A stretch of DNA of 64,000 nucleotides from Octopus sinensis (lineage: Eukaryota): NCBI RefSeq assembly GCF_006345805.1, contig NC_043005.1:52576001-52640000 (forward strand), read 5' to 3'. Below are positions 51,586-64,000 of the stretch, one piece after another. The position numbers were made by a program, and so were the translations under genes. The notes below the pieces were generated by a model. The model was given only the letters and a program-made list of their open reading frames with translations, was not told where the DNA came from and ran no database searches. Position 1 is the stretch's first letter; each line of letters begins with the position of its first letter.

Positions 51586-51674
51586 GGACACTACAAATAT
51601 GAATGAACCTTGTGGATACGCGCACCCATGCACATGAACACGCAAATACGCACAGGCCGATATACAAACACACA

Positions 51675-51707
<33 letters not shown>

Positions 51708-52372
51708 AGGTAAACACATCTCCAAGCATGTGTTTATATATGCTTTTATTTAATGAGAATGCCACGTGTTTACTGAATAGCTGACCGATTCTTGTAAAAA
51801 ACTTTTATCAAAATATTTGATAACTGTTTTGGGCCAATAGTGAAGCCTCTTTAATTCGCATTTATTCTCATTTAATATATTTGGATTTTCTCCTAGTGTT
51901 TATAAACAATCAGTCGCAAGATACACCTCCAGTTTTATTAAAACCAATTACTTCACACAAATCAACATTTGCGTTTCTGTTTGTTTGTTTGCATGTGTGT
52001 GTGTGTGGTGTGTGTGTGTGTGTATGCGATATGTATGTTTGTATTAATGTTTATAAATATGTAATGCATATATGTGCGTATGCGTGCACGGATGAGTGTG
52101 CGTGTGTGCGTGCATTTATGTATACAAACACACATAAATGATTATATATAGAGACAGATATATGCATACATGTTTATGTATAACCCTATACAACTGTACG
52201 CACACACACATATATAATATGAGACATATAACAACACTTTGAAGTATATATGTATGTGTCTGTGTATGTGAGCATAAATATATAGATAATATATAAGTGT
52301 ATGTGTGTACTTGTGGGTGAGTACATGAGTCTGTGTGTGTGCATCTTTGTATGTGTGTGTGTGTGTGTGTGT

Positions 52373-52408
<36 letters not shown>

Positions 52409-53352
52409 TGTGTGCTGTTCTGTGCACAGTTCTATATGCGTGTAAGAATATTACTTTAAGTTCAAATAAACAGTGCTGTGTTTTAAATGAAATTTGCCCA
52501 TCCTTATCAGTCCCTCTCCGGACAGTGACTTTAGCTTTTTACATCATTAAATTTCAAAAGCTATTTTCAATCTATGTCCTCTTTGAAAAACCGACCGTCC
52601 TCGTTCTTAACCTCATTGTTCTCCGACACATTATATTCTTCGCTAACAAGACAATCCTTTATTCCTTTGTTCGTGCATCACCGTTTTGTCTCAAAGAAAA
52701 ATAATTCGTTCTCTTGTCCTACTTTGTCGAGCATGATTATGTTGCTTTTATTGTTGTTAAAATAATCGTGAAAGCTGGTCAGTTGACATGGTTTAATGGT
52801 TATCATACGATCGACATTTCGGCTGGAAGATAATATCCCAGCGCAGACGTTACTTATTACTAAACATCATGTATTAAAACATAATAAAATCCGGATTTTG
52901 AAGAAATTGCCGGTGGTCTACGTTGGAAAACATTAATCTATAAGTGAATTCATACAAGAGATCAGCGAATTGATTGACCGGATGGATAGTACCTAGTGGT
53001 ACTATCCTTGCCACATTGTGACACTTTTATCATGTCTGTTAATTACGTCTGCTACAAATGTCTATGGTGTATTCGCTAGCTTACTGAGAATTCAACGTTG
53101 GTAAACAAACTCACTGAACTTCTCCGCGACCTCTCCTAGATATTAAAATATATAAAGACGACTTTTATGTTTAAGAGAGTGTATTTGTATGTGTGTTTGT
53201 CTATATTCGTTTAGATTTTACTTAAATCCTGGTGAACTGTCCATTATGTCTTACGTTTCATATATCATCAATAATGAATGTATTTTCCCGGAGTGCACGT
53301 TATATAAATCAGTTATGCGAGCAACTCAAGGAGTTGAAAGTAAGACTATAAT

Positions 53353-53461
53353 CCATGGGTTTTCAACTCGCGGCCCGCCAAGCGATTTTCTGCGGCCCGC
53401 TATTTCCAAGGAGAAAAGAATATGTGTATATGTATGTATATATATATATATATACGTGTGT

Positions 53462-53526
<65 letters not shown>

Positions 53527-54370
53527 ATGTATATATATATATATATATACACATACATACATACATACATATATATATATATATTTATTTATTTATTTAT
53601 ATATATGTGCAGGCCTGTACCCAGTTGGGTGGGGGTGTACATTCCCCGACACCCGAATTATTTCAGAATGTAAGCAGAAACAATTTTAGAAAAATATTCA
53701 AAAAAGTGCCCATTTCTGGCAATTTTTAGGCAAGTACCCACTGAGACCGTTTTTATTTTTACTCTCGAGAAACGGTTTTTTTTGGTGCCCCTCCTCCGCC
53801 TCCCTATCTTCCCCCCTTCCTGAATTTTTTCTGGCTACGGGCCTGTATATGTATATCTATATATATATATATATAATTAATATAATTTATGCTAATTGTT
53901 TTTTAACAAATTCCCATTTTCATTCCTTGTCAGTTAGAATTGGATGCACGCGGACTTATGCGTGATAATAAAACAAAAACACGATGAGTAAAATCACTCT
54001 CCATCAAGATGGCTTCTGAAAAAACACGGAAAGTACCGGATGAAAATAGGACATTTCATGAACGTTGGGAAGATAGCTACTTTGTAATCCAGAGTCAAGC
54101 AAATGCAAGTGGGAAATGCCAGATTCAGATAATATCTGTTCTCAAAGAGTACAATATCAAGTGGAACTACAATTCACAGCATAAACACTTTGATAAGTTC
54201 GAAGGCAAATTAAGATTTGATAAACTTTGTCAACTGAAATCATTTCTATCACAACAGAAACATGCTTTCAACAAAGGGCACAGATCGTCAGAAGATGTAA
54301 AAAAAAACGGCAACATTGTCAGTCAAATGATTGCAAAGACATCACACCCGTTTACTGAAGGTCAATTATT
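53353..54370 (+). mobile_element. Buster/SPIN/GTF2IRD2-like hAT 5' remnant (transposase N-terminus at 54009-54370)
   Basis: Terminus CCATGGGTTTTCAACTCGCGGCCCGC with repeated GCGGCCCGC; RKVPDENRTFHERWEDSYF...VLKEYNIKWNY...IAKTSHPFTEG. Linking terminus and ORF into one element is inferred. Confidence 0.7.
53610..53845. mobile_element. 236-bp MITE (Harbinger-like TIRs)
   Basis: CAGGCCTGTACCCAG...CTGGCTACGGGCCTG terminal inverted repeats. Confidence 0.65.
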
Positions 54371-54627
54371 TCCTTTTGGGAAAACTTAGTAAACGGAAAC
54401 TGTGAAGAAGCCCGTCCTATATGTGAATATATCTGTATGTTTGTGTTTCTGTTGAATTTGTCCCCCACTGCCTTGATAATCAGTGTTTGTTTATTTCGTA
54501 TAGCAGTTCGCCAAAAGCCAACAATAAAATCAATACTGGATTCGACTTGTTCGACTTAACCTTTTGGCGTGGTACCCCAGCATTTCCGAAGTACAATGAA
54601 TGAAATAAGAGAATGTTGAGGCAATAG

Positions 54628-54770
54628 ACATATATCAATTAGCTGGCAGAGGTCGACTTTGCCCTTTATCCTTTCGGGGTCAGTAAAATAAGCACCAGCT
54701 GAGTACTGGTCAGTGTAATCGACTCTTCCCCTCACCCACATTTCAGGCCTTGTACTTATAGTAGAAAAGA
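54628..54770 (+). mobile_element. Partial SINE family A (core and T tail)
   Basis: GAGGTCGACTTTGCCCTTTATCCTTTCGGGGTC...ATTTCAGGCCTTGTACTTATAGTAGAAAAG. Confidence 0.7.
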
Positions 54771-54794
54771 TTATAACTGATCATAAAAACAAAC

Positions 54795-55000
54795 AGCTGT
54801 AGAAATGAGTTGCGACGACAAAGGTGCCATGCTGTATCTGCTGTTGCCTTTCCCTTGGATAACACTGGTGGCGTGGAGAGGGGAGGCTGGTATGCATGGG
54901 CGACTGCTGGCCTTCCGTAAACAACCTTGCCCGGACTTGTGTCTGGGAGAGTAACTTTCTAGGTGCAATCCCACGGTCAGTCATGACCGAAGGGGGACTC
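54795..55000 (+). mobile_element. GC-rich structured repeat, probably a SINE 3' region
   Basis: GC-rich relative to flanks; ends in hairpin CGGTCA-GTCA-TGACCG. SINE identity is recalled, not shown by a second copy here. Confidence 0.45.
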
Positions 55001-55922
55001 AATAAAAACAAACAGTAATATAAAATAAGTTATATATCTATATTTATATATACACATTCACATGCACACACACATACGGACACACCTACCCAGGAATACA
55101 TATACCCGTATACATAAACATATATAATTACGCATGTGTCCATATGCAGATACGCACAAACTCGCGTGTTCACATGTAGTAAAAGATTGTAACCCCATTA
55201 TTAAAATGTTATTAATCGATTACGGTTATTTCAAAAAAAATTTTTTTCGTCCTAAAACGATTATATTAAGCGACTTCAACCACCCATCTGCTTCTCTATC
55301 TGTCTATATATCTACATCTATTTGTGCACGTGCGTTGGTACATGAGTGTGTGGATGCACATAAAAATCCATTATCATACACATACCCAATAAATATCCAC
55401 GTGACACACGAACACTCAACGCATACGTATGTGTATATGTGTGTGTATTATATACATATATATATGTGTGTGTGTATGTGTGTGTATGTGTGTGTATATG
55501 TGTGTGCATGTGTGTGTGTATTATATACCTATATATATATATGTGTGTGTGTGTATCATATACTTCTATACATATATAATTATATTTATTATATATATAT
55601 TATATATTTTATATATAATACATATATACCTCCAATTGTTTATATATAAAGTGTGTTTGAGTGTGTTTAATATATGACTCTTTGAGCACCTCTCCTATCC
55701 TTGCATCCCTTACTCTCCCTTCCTCTCCTTTTCTCTTTCTCTCTATTAGCCTGACAAATAAAAAAAAAGAGAGAGATACGAAAGAGGAACGGATAGAGAG
55801 AAAGGGCACGGTAAGAGCCCTTACAAATGATCTGACACAAATAAGTATTAACAACTAGGAGCTAGACTTCGCTTAAACAAATAAATCGTTTGACTAATCC
55901 GTTTGATTAGTTCTGGGGAATA

Positions 55923-55980
<58 letters not shown>

Positions 55981-58900
55981 TAATAATGATAATGATAATA
56001 ATAATAAGGATAATGATAATAAAAATAAGGATAATGATAATAATAAAATTTGTCTTTTAGCTCTATTAATGGAGTCTTTTCTCTTTAAAATAACAACATA
56101 AATAAAACGGGAAAGAAGAAAAAAAAATCTGTATATCGTCATTGAAAATAGCAGCAGCGCGGAACATCATCCACATTCATGTACAATCTAATGAATCAAT
56201 GAGACTTGCATGGCTCAAGCTCTTTCTTGTGTAGTACCTCCTCTTTACTCTAGTTTGCTTCTGGATACACACACCATGACAAACAAATCTTAAGAGAAAC
56301 AGGCTATGTTTAAATCTATAATACCGTAAAAATCTCCGCTTATCCGTAATGTTGTTTTTAGAACCGTTTTGATGCAAAGAAAGAAGAAAAAAGAACAACA
56401 ACAACAACAACAAGAAAACGGACTAAAATAAAACAATAAACAAACATACCGATGAAAAGAGGAATAAAGACAAAACAACAAAAAAATAATAATGATAAAT
56501 AACAAAGACAAATCTCTTTATCTTTTTATACAAGACTGGCTAAAAATTGCTGTAAATAGTACAATACAAGGATTTTTTTTCTTATCTCACTCAAGAACGC
56601 TAAAACATAAAAATGAATATTAAAGAAAATCAAAAAAACCTAAAATATATTTTGCTTTTTTATTTTATATTTTATTTTTATATATATTTATACAAATTTC
56701 TATACTTTTGTTAATATTTTTAGTTTTATTCGTTTTAAACTCTTGTTTTTATTTATTGTTTTATTTTTATTTTTTATATTTTCAGAATTTACTTGTTTTT
56801 AATATTTTTTTCTTTCTATTTTCTTTTATTGTCATGTTAGAATATTCTGTGGTAAAATGTCTTACATATTTCTTTCTTAATGTCGAATGAAAATAGTTTT
56901 GGTTGGTTCCGTTTTGTCAACAAGATAGCATCGTACGCTGTAAACAAATATTGATCTCTTGCTGCCATTAGTTAATTACCAAAAGTCTTGGATGCACATT
57001 ACTGCTACACACACGCACAATACACACACACACACACACACACCACACACACACACAACACAAGCTCGCATACATACGTACAATATCTCTCGATACATCA
57101 CCGAAAACTCACTCAATCAACTGGACTGGCTTATCATCTCAAACTACATGAAATATTTCCTTAAAGATTCCCAGACTGTAAAAATAAACATAATCCATTA
57201 AAAAGGAATCAGAGCCCTTATATGTATGAATGAATGATTGATTGATTGATTTGTTAAATGGAATTGATCCCATCCTTTATCAGATTTTACAACGAATATT
57301 CCTGTACAAATGTCTGAAAGTCAATCTTAAAACAATGTAAAATATCATATTGACAAGGATCTAAACATGATAAAATAGTTGTCTGGTGTCGTGAACCACA
57401 AACAAATAAAAGCAATATACTTCCTGTCTGTTTGCTATTGGACTATCGTTAAACAAAATGACGGTTGCTAAAATTCTCAATCAGACGACAGCAAGTTTCA
57501 TATGAAATTGAATGATTGATTGACTGATCTGATGACGTCCTCCTATCAGTTTTTTTTATATCATTTGTCGAATTGGATTGGGTTGGGTGTGTGGACTTGT
57601 TTCTTCAACCAATCTTTACATTTTATATGACCCACTAAAGAATTTGAATTCGTTGTTATATCAAATCTGAAATCGTAGTTTAATAGCGTTAATCCTTTCA
57701 TCAATCACTGTAATCTATGGGGTCAGTATTATCTTAGTTTCTCTTTCGTAATGTGGATGATAAACTAACCTCTCGTTTAAATAGAAAGCCTAATCTATTA
57801 GAAAAAAATCTCACCAAAAGCCGTAGAAGAAATTCGACCATATCTATCCAAACGTATTACTACAAGACAACTAACTAAATAATAATCATTTCGGAGTCTG
57901 ATAGAATATCTTGCTGTATTGTATCCGACAATCGGCACTCTGGGTTCAAATCCACCGAGGTCATCTTTGCCTTCTTTTCGGGATCGATAAAAATGTTCTA
58001 ATTCATTGCAAAGGAATGAAAGGAATTGTTAAAGCGTAAAACGGAATGCCCTCTACTTGCTATATCGACCCCAAAATGATGAAAAACAATTTAATCCGTC
58101 AGTTTTATTTTTCTACCACTATTCATAATCGATATTATTATTCTATTACAGACTACGTATGTAATCCCTAACTACGGAATGAAATCGAAAAGATCATATT
58201 CGCCCGTTGGAATGACGATGACCGTCTGTCTAAAGGAAAAAAGAGTTGCGCACCGCCAGCCTCACTCTTCTCTCGTGTGTAATCACACCTCGTCTGTGCT
58301 CTGTTGCAAGACCAGATGGTGACGACTGGGGATGGACACGGACGCGCTGGATGACCAAAATGTCTTACTTGCCTAATCTTGCTCTCTGTATTCCAAACTG
58401 CGTTGCTTCAACCACCTTCCTCTTCGTTGAACCACATAGGCTTCTTCTGCAGAATCTGCGGGATTCAGTCTTCACAAGCATAAGTAGGCAAGCTCTAATA
58501 TTCTTAACTCATAACTCAAACCCTGAGAGATCCTACTACTCCGGGCCAGAACAGAACTGGGAGCAATAGTGACTAACAGGGGGTTCCACACACCTCTAAA
58601 AACTTAGAAATCTCGAATCAGATCTCCACTCTCGGATATAGTTTAAAGACATACTCAAGACGCGATCCAAAAGATAATCTATTAAACACACAACATTTAC
58701 ACTATTTACATTATTCATAAGACACGTGAGTGAAAACCTATGAAACGAAATCAAAGAGTGGCTTCAAGTCCATTCACGTATACTTCCCTGTAATATACAA
58801 TTAAGGATATAATACAACGCATTAAATTTATCAAAACTTTACTAACGTTGATACCTAGGCAACACAATCTTATAAATTGACCATGACTTTGATTTCATTC

Positions 58901-58982
58901 CATACTTAAGATTATATAAAGCATCTTCTATATGGCACATTCTTTAATGATGTGTTTATTTTTTCAATCATTTTAATCATGT

Positions 58983-59425
58983 AAGGCGGAGAGCTGGCAG
59001 AAACGTAAGCAAACCGGGCGAAATGCTTAGCGGTATTTCGTCTGTCTTTACGTTCTGAGTTCAAATTCCGCCGAGGTCAACTTTACCTTTCATCCTTTCG
59101 GTCTCAATAAATTAAGTACCAGTTGTGTACTGGAGTAGATCTAATCGATTGGCACACCTCCCAAAAAATTTCGGGCCTTGTGCCTATAGAAGAAAAGAAT
59201 AATTTTAATCATGTGCAAATTTGCTAGTAGAATAGTTACCGCACCGGGCAAAAGTCTTAGTGGCATTTCTTCTGGCTTTACGTTCTGAGTTTAAATGCCA
59301 CCGAGGTCGAAATTGTCTTTCATCGTTTCAGGGTCGATAAAAGGAGTACCAGTTGAACACTGGGGTCCATGTAATCGATTGGGCTCTCTCTTCTACTTAC
59401 AGCTCTTGTGCCTAAATTTGAAAAT
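58983..59425 (+). mobile_element. Two tandem SINE family A monomers
   Basis: Copy 58983-59200 is well preserved with a T tail; copy 59225-59425 is diverged. Confidence 0.85.
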
Positions 59426-59477
59426 ATTTGTTATTGTCATCATTATCATCATTGTTATTATTATTATAATTATTATA

Positions 59478-59546
<69 letters not shown>

Positions 59547-60073
59547 GGGAGAGCAGTGCATGCCATAAAAATGACACTTGAGTAAAATATATGAAGCCCA
59601 AATGTACACATCATGATTACTCGTCTGATAAAGGTACATCGAGCACATGTATCACAAAGCGTGTGTGCGTGACTTGGTGATCTCATATCAAGATAAACAG
59701 CGCATGACCTTACAGGTGGGGGCCCAGCTAGAATTTTCCTCAGGTCGAGTAGCCCATCCCACTCAAAAGGTCCCTGAATAAGGGTTGTTTAAAGATGTTG
59801 AAGCAAACACCTCTGCTTCCAGAGGCGAATTATTCAAATCTCAAAGAATTCCTTTCAACACATGGCTACTACTTCTGCTCATGATCAGAGATGCATATAT
59901 CGTCAGCCATCAAGGGACATGCTCAAGTGGTTATAGTTAAGCAACTGACAAACAAATTTGTGGTATTGAGCAGAATTTTTCTGTAACCCATCTTTTACAC
60001 TAAAAAGAAAAGAATACTTGATAAAACTTTCAATCAGTTAAGATGAGAAGCCATGAGAACCACTGTCTGGTAT
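59547..60073 (-). mobile_element. ~540-bp element, diverged copy between (ATT)n tracts
   Basis: Reverse complement of 254-797 with small deletions. Confidence 0.85.
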
Positions 60074-60083
60074 TAAACTGGAC

Positions 60084-60124
<41 letters not shown>

Positions 60125-60147
60125 TATTATTATTATTATTATCATCA

Positions 60148-60185
<38 letters not shown>

Positions 60186-60186
<1 letters not shown>

Positions 60187-60565
60187 CGGCGAGCTGGCAG
60201 ACTCGTTAGTACGCCGGGCGAAATGCTCAGCGGTATTTCGTCTGCCGCTACGTTCTGAGTTCAAATTCCGCTGAGGTGGACTTTGCCTTTCATCCTATCG
60301 GGGTCGATTAAATAAGTGCCAGTTACGCACTGGGGTCGATATAATCGACTTAATCCGTTTGTCTGTCCTCGTTTTTCCTCTCTGTGTTTAGCCCCTTTTG
60401 GGTAGTAACGAAATAGGTATTTCGCCCATCGCTGCGTTCTGATGTCGACTTTGCTTTTCATCCTTTCGGGGTCGTAAAATGAAGTACCAGTGAAACATTG
60501 GCGTCAATGTAATCGACAATCCCCTCTATCAAAATGGCTGCTCTTGTGGCAAAATTTGAAACCAT
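60186..60565 (+). mobile_element. SINE family A dimer
   Basis: Head, core, X tail, GGTATTTCG junction, shortened second unit. Confidence 0.85.
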
Positions 60566-60606
60566 TCTTATTATTATTGTTGTTGTTATTATTATTAATA
60601 TTATTA

Positions 60607-60696
<90 letters not shown>

Positions 60697-61109
60697 TTTG
60701 TAGTGGTAGTAGTAGTAGTAGTGATAAGAGGAGGAGCAACAGCAGCAGTTTGCATTGGTTCGTTACAAACGTACAAATTTCAATATCTTGGCGAGCATTA
60801 AAAGTGCATCATATCAAAGCTCTACTCATTGTCGGGTACTTTAACTTAGCATTGCATGCTTAACCACACTATTATCACTGATGCAATGCTACATTGTTTA
60901 TAGTGATGTATATCTACATCACTGTAACGTATTTATACAGTGAAGCGTAGCTACACACCATACATATTCACGTATTGACCTAGAGTTAACACAGAATACT
61001 TTACATTTTCGTCCACCCTATAATAAATTGCAGTTAACTTTCCTTCTTACGCCTTCTCCCCATACTCCCAACCATCCGAAATGCCGAACACCCAGGATAA
61101 CAGAATCAT

Positions 61110-61350
61110 AAAATACCTATTTCTTTACTACCCACAAGGGGTTAAACACAGAGAGAACAAACAAGGACAGACAAACGGATTAAGTCGATTAGATCGACCC
61201 CAGTGCGTAACTGGTACTTAATTTATCGACCCCGAAAGGATGAAAGGCAAAGTCGACCTCGGCGGAATTTGAACTCAGAACGTAACGGCAGGCGAAATAC
61301 CGCTAGACATTTCGCCCGCGCGCTAACGTTTCTGCCAGCTCGCCGCCTTA
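61110..61350 (-). mobile_element. SINE family A monomer with X tail
   Basis: Near-consensus reverse complement. Confidence 0.9.
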
Positions 61351-61359
61351 ATCATAAAA

Positions 61360-61687
61360 TACCGGTACTCCCTCGGTTACGTCGGCACTTGTTCCAGGTG
61401 ATTCGATCAATGGAACAGCCTGATTATGAAATTAACTTGCAAGTAGCGGCGCACACCACAGGCGCACGTACTCACTCTTATTGTAGTTCTCAGGGAGATT
61501 CAGCGTGACACACGCTGTGATAAGACTGACTCTTTGAAATACAGGTACTACTCACTTTTACCAGTTGAATGGACTGGAGCATCATGAAATAAAGTGTCTT
61601 GCTCAAGGATACAACGCAACGTTAGGTATCGAACTCACGACCTTACGATCGTGAACCGAATATCCGAACCACTAAGCCACGCGCCTT
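61360..61687 (-). mobile_element. SINE family D
   Basis: Head GAAGGCGCGTGGCTTAGTGGTTCGG...GTGAGTTCGATACC; CORE-like CCTTGAGCAAGACACTT. Confidence 0.8.
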
Positions 61688-61772
61688 CGTTGCATGAGAT
61701 GTCTCTGATACTCTAGTATCTACCAGTTCACTCATACAGTTGTATAATTTAACCACTACAGCATACGCTCAC

Positions 61773-61845
61773 GGGCATATGGCGTAGTGATTAAGAGAGT
61801 GGGCTACTAAACCCAAGATTTCGAGTTCGATTCCAGGCAGTGACC
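61773..61845 (+). mobile_element. tRNA-like mini-SINE (~73 bp) with (AAT)n tail
   Basis: GGGCATATGGCGTAGTGATTAAGAGAGTGGGCTACTAAACCCAAGATTTCGAGTTCGATTCCAGGCAGTGACC; no proper acceptor stem. Confidence 0.7.
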
Positions 61846-61882
61846 AGAATAATAATAATATAATAATAATAATAATAATAAT

Positions 61883-62260
61883 AGAAATCAGCAAAATGTG
61901 GAAGCTGAAGACTAAAACAATACCTGTTGTCATAGGTGCCCTGGGAATGATAGCGAAAGGGACTGATTGCTACCTAACTCAGATACCAGGAAACCCCAAA
62001 ATGGCAGAAATTCAAAAGAGCTCACAGGAACTGCTCATATGCTACGCAAAATACTCTCTATGTAATCCCAAGGTTTAAAACAAACTTTTTTTATTTTTAT
62101 TTATTTTTTTTTTTTAATTTTATTTTTATGTATTAGACATTCACTAATACAACACCACCCCCCAATATATGGCACAACTTCCAACATGTTGTCTCTTGAG
62201 GTCTCTGGGTGAGACTTGGAGCCAACTTGTACAGACATAAAGCAAAAGTCAAACATAGAA
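61883..62260 (+). pseudogene. R4/Dong-like REL 3' end plus 3' UTR between (AAT)n tracts
   Basis: EISKMWKLKTKTIPVVIGALGMIAKG...IPGNPKMAEIQK. Confidence 0.8.
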
Positions 62261-62279
62261 TAATAATAATAATAATAAT

Positions 62280-63005
62280 TCTGTAACAATGAGATTGAAA
62301 CTATTGAACACCTAATCTCAGGGTGTAGACTCTTAGCACCTGCAGAATATAAAGCAAGACATGACAGAGGCGGCTAGTATTTACACTGGACAATATGTGG
62401 CATTATAAAATCAAAAAAGCAGACAAATGGTATAAACACCATCATGAAGTTGTGACTGAGGGGGAAATGTGTTGATTCTCTGGGACTTCCCCGTACATAC
62501 AAAAAAAAAACTATAAAGGCTAATAAACCGGATATTATTATAAAAGATCAGACAAAAAAGGTGTGGTGTTTATTAATGAGTATTCCTTGCGATCACAATC
62601 TACGGCGAAAGAATTTGACAAGATCAGTAAATATAAAGACTTGCTAATAGAAATTGAAAAAATGTGGCATCTCAAGGCATCTACGGTACCAGTGATTGTA
62701 GGATCTCTAGGAATGATAAAGAAAAAAGGTACTAAAACTTATTTGAAAATGATACCAGGCTTACCATCCCTACAGGAAGCGCAAAAAAATCGTGTTAACT
62801 GGAACGGCTTGTGCACTGCGAAGAGCATTATCGCTGTGAAAACAACACCCATTCATGAATTTATTTATTTATTCATTTATTAAATACATATTTTACCTGT
62901 GAATTTGCGTGTGTAATCTGGGAATGCATACAAGCTTCTCTGCCCTAGGTGTACGGAAACACTCGGCGAGAAACGGAAAAAAAATTGAAGAAAGAAGGAA
63001 AAAAA
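62280..63005 (+). pseudogene. R4/Dong-like LINE: partial CCHC knuckle + REL endonuclease + 3' UTR ending in (AAT)n
   Basis: CNNEIETIEHLISGC, KARHD, ILWDFPVHT, IKANKPDIIIKD, KEFDKISKYKDLLIEIEKMWHLKASTVPVIVGSLG. Confidence 0.85.
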
Positions 63006-63075
<70 letters not shown>

Positions 63076-63630
63076 GCCCTGATGCAGTACCAGGCAGTGG
63101 CTCTCATGGCTTCTGATCTTAACTGATTGGAAGTGTTATCATGTACATTGTTTTGTCTTGGTATAAAAGATGGGCTACAGCAAATATTCTGCTCAATACC
63201 ACAGATTTGCTTGTCAGTTGTTTGACCTTAACCAGTTGAGAATGTGCCTTAGTGGCTGACGATATGTGCATCTCTGATCACGAGCAGAAGTAGTGGGGGA
63301 GCATCATAGCCATGTGTTGAGAGGGATTCTTTGGGGTTTGAATAATTCACCTCTGGAAACATGGGTGGTTCTTTCAATATCCTTAAACAACCCTTATTCA
63401 GGGACCTTTTGAGCGGGATGGGCTACTCAACCCGAAGAAAATTCTAACTGGGCCCCCACCTGCAAGGTCATGTGCTGTTTATCTTGATATGAGATCACCA
63501 TGTCGTGCACATATGGTTGTGATGCATGTGCCTGGTGTACCCTTATCAGACGGGTAGTCATGATGGGTATATTGGGCTTCGTATATTTTACCCTAGTGTC
63601 ACTTTGATGGCATGCGCTGCTCTCTCACTC
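63076..63630 (+). mobile_element. ~540-bp element, full copy flanked by (AAT)n
   Basis: Near-identical to 254-797, with a longer 5' end GCCCTGATGC. Confidence 0.9.
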
Positions 63631-63691
63631 AATAATAATAATAATAATGATTATAATAATAACAACAGCAACAACAACAACAACAACAATG

Positions 63692-63838
63692 AAAAATACC
63701 TTAGGAATGAGAACCCAGGTTCGAAATTTCCCCAAGACACCTGATGAAGCTGAAGGGTATATCAGCCGAAAAGTTGTATTAACAACAAACAAGATGAGTA
63801 CAAATATCCGTCAATTGTAATTGATGTAAATAATGTAC
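63692..63838 (+). mobile_element. Hammerhead-bearing short element, copy 2
   Basis: ACAC-CTGATGA-A-GCTGA-AGGGTATA-TCAGC-C-GAAA-AG-TT-GTAT at 63737-63779; follows (AAC)n. Confidence 0.7.
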
Positions 63839-64000
63839 AGTTCAGTCATATATGCATCTGAGGCTACCTACCAACAATAAATTTATATATTTACACACAG
63901 GTAAAAATGAATTTTTTTTTTTTTACATTTAAGTAGAGATGGATGGTGGAGATGTATTAGTCTCGAACAATGGAATAAATAAGGTCCTATACTTCTACGA

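Noticed and set aside
52808-52850. Minus-strand GCTGG/CCAGC stem followed by GAAA-TG-TC
   Set aside because: The upstream core lacks ANGA (only CTG is present); insufficient for a call.
52984-53007. 10-bp hairpin GGATAGTACC/GGTACTATCC as a Helitron 3' end or terminator
   Set aside because: No CTRR terminus at the expected distance; intrinsic terminators do not apply to this context.
61773-61845. Functional tRNA gene (anticodon loop CTACTAA)
   Set aside because: No 7-bp acceptor stem, it runs into an (AAT)n tail, and related rearranged copies exist; treated as a tRNA-derived mini-SINE.
63076-63130. HDV-like ribozyme at the 5' end of the 540-bp element
   Set aside because: Could not assemble nested P1/P2/P3/P1.1 pairings or the catalytic J4/2 cytosine by eye.

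Overview
AT-rich, microsatellite-dense metazoan genomic DNA. The repeat families look like those of an octopod cephalopod, but this is recognition from memory, not a database result. I can support no host protein-coding gene; most listed ORFs are translations of simple repeats or fragments of the repeats below. The window is an intergenic or intronic mosaic of: (i) at least four tRNA-derived SINE families, with about 20 copies of one modular family; (ii) about 8 decayed R4/Dong-like LINE pieces (RT and restriction-like endonuclease), most of them at (AAT)n tracts; (iii) five copies of a ~540-bp non-coding element strictly oriented relative to (AAT)n; (iv) DNA transposon remnants: a Tc1 with DD36E spacing, a rearranged mariner, a maT-type element, a Buster/SPIN-like hAT, and pogo- and Harbinger-like MITEs; (v) a Penelope-like GIY-YIG remnant; (vi) several short elements carrying minimal type I hammerhead ribozyme motifs; (vii) four long fold-back palindromes or inverted repeats. 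The best leads are the multi-family hammerhead mini-elements, the (AAT)n-polarised LINE with its non-autonomous partners, and the DD36E Tc1. Boundaries were read by eye (about +/-20 bp unless a terminal motif is quoted). Frequent 1-bp indels in (TA)n tracts and palindrome arms suggest residual long-read error.
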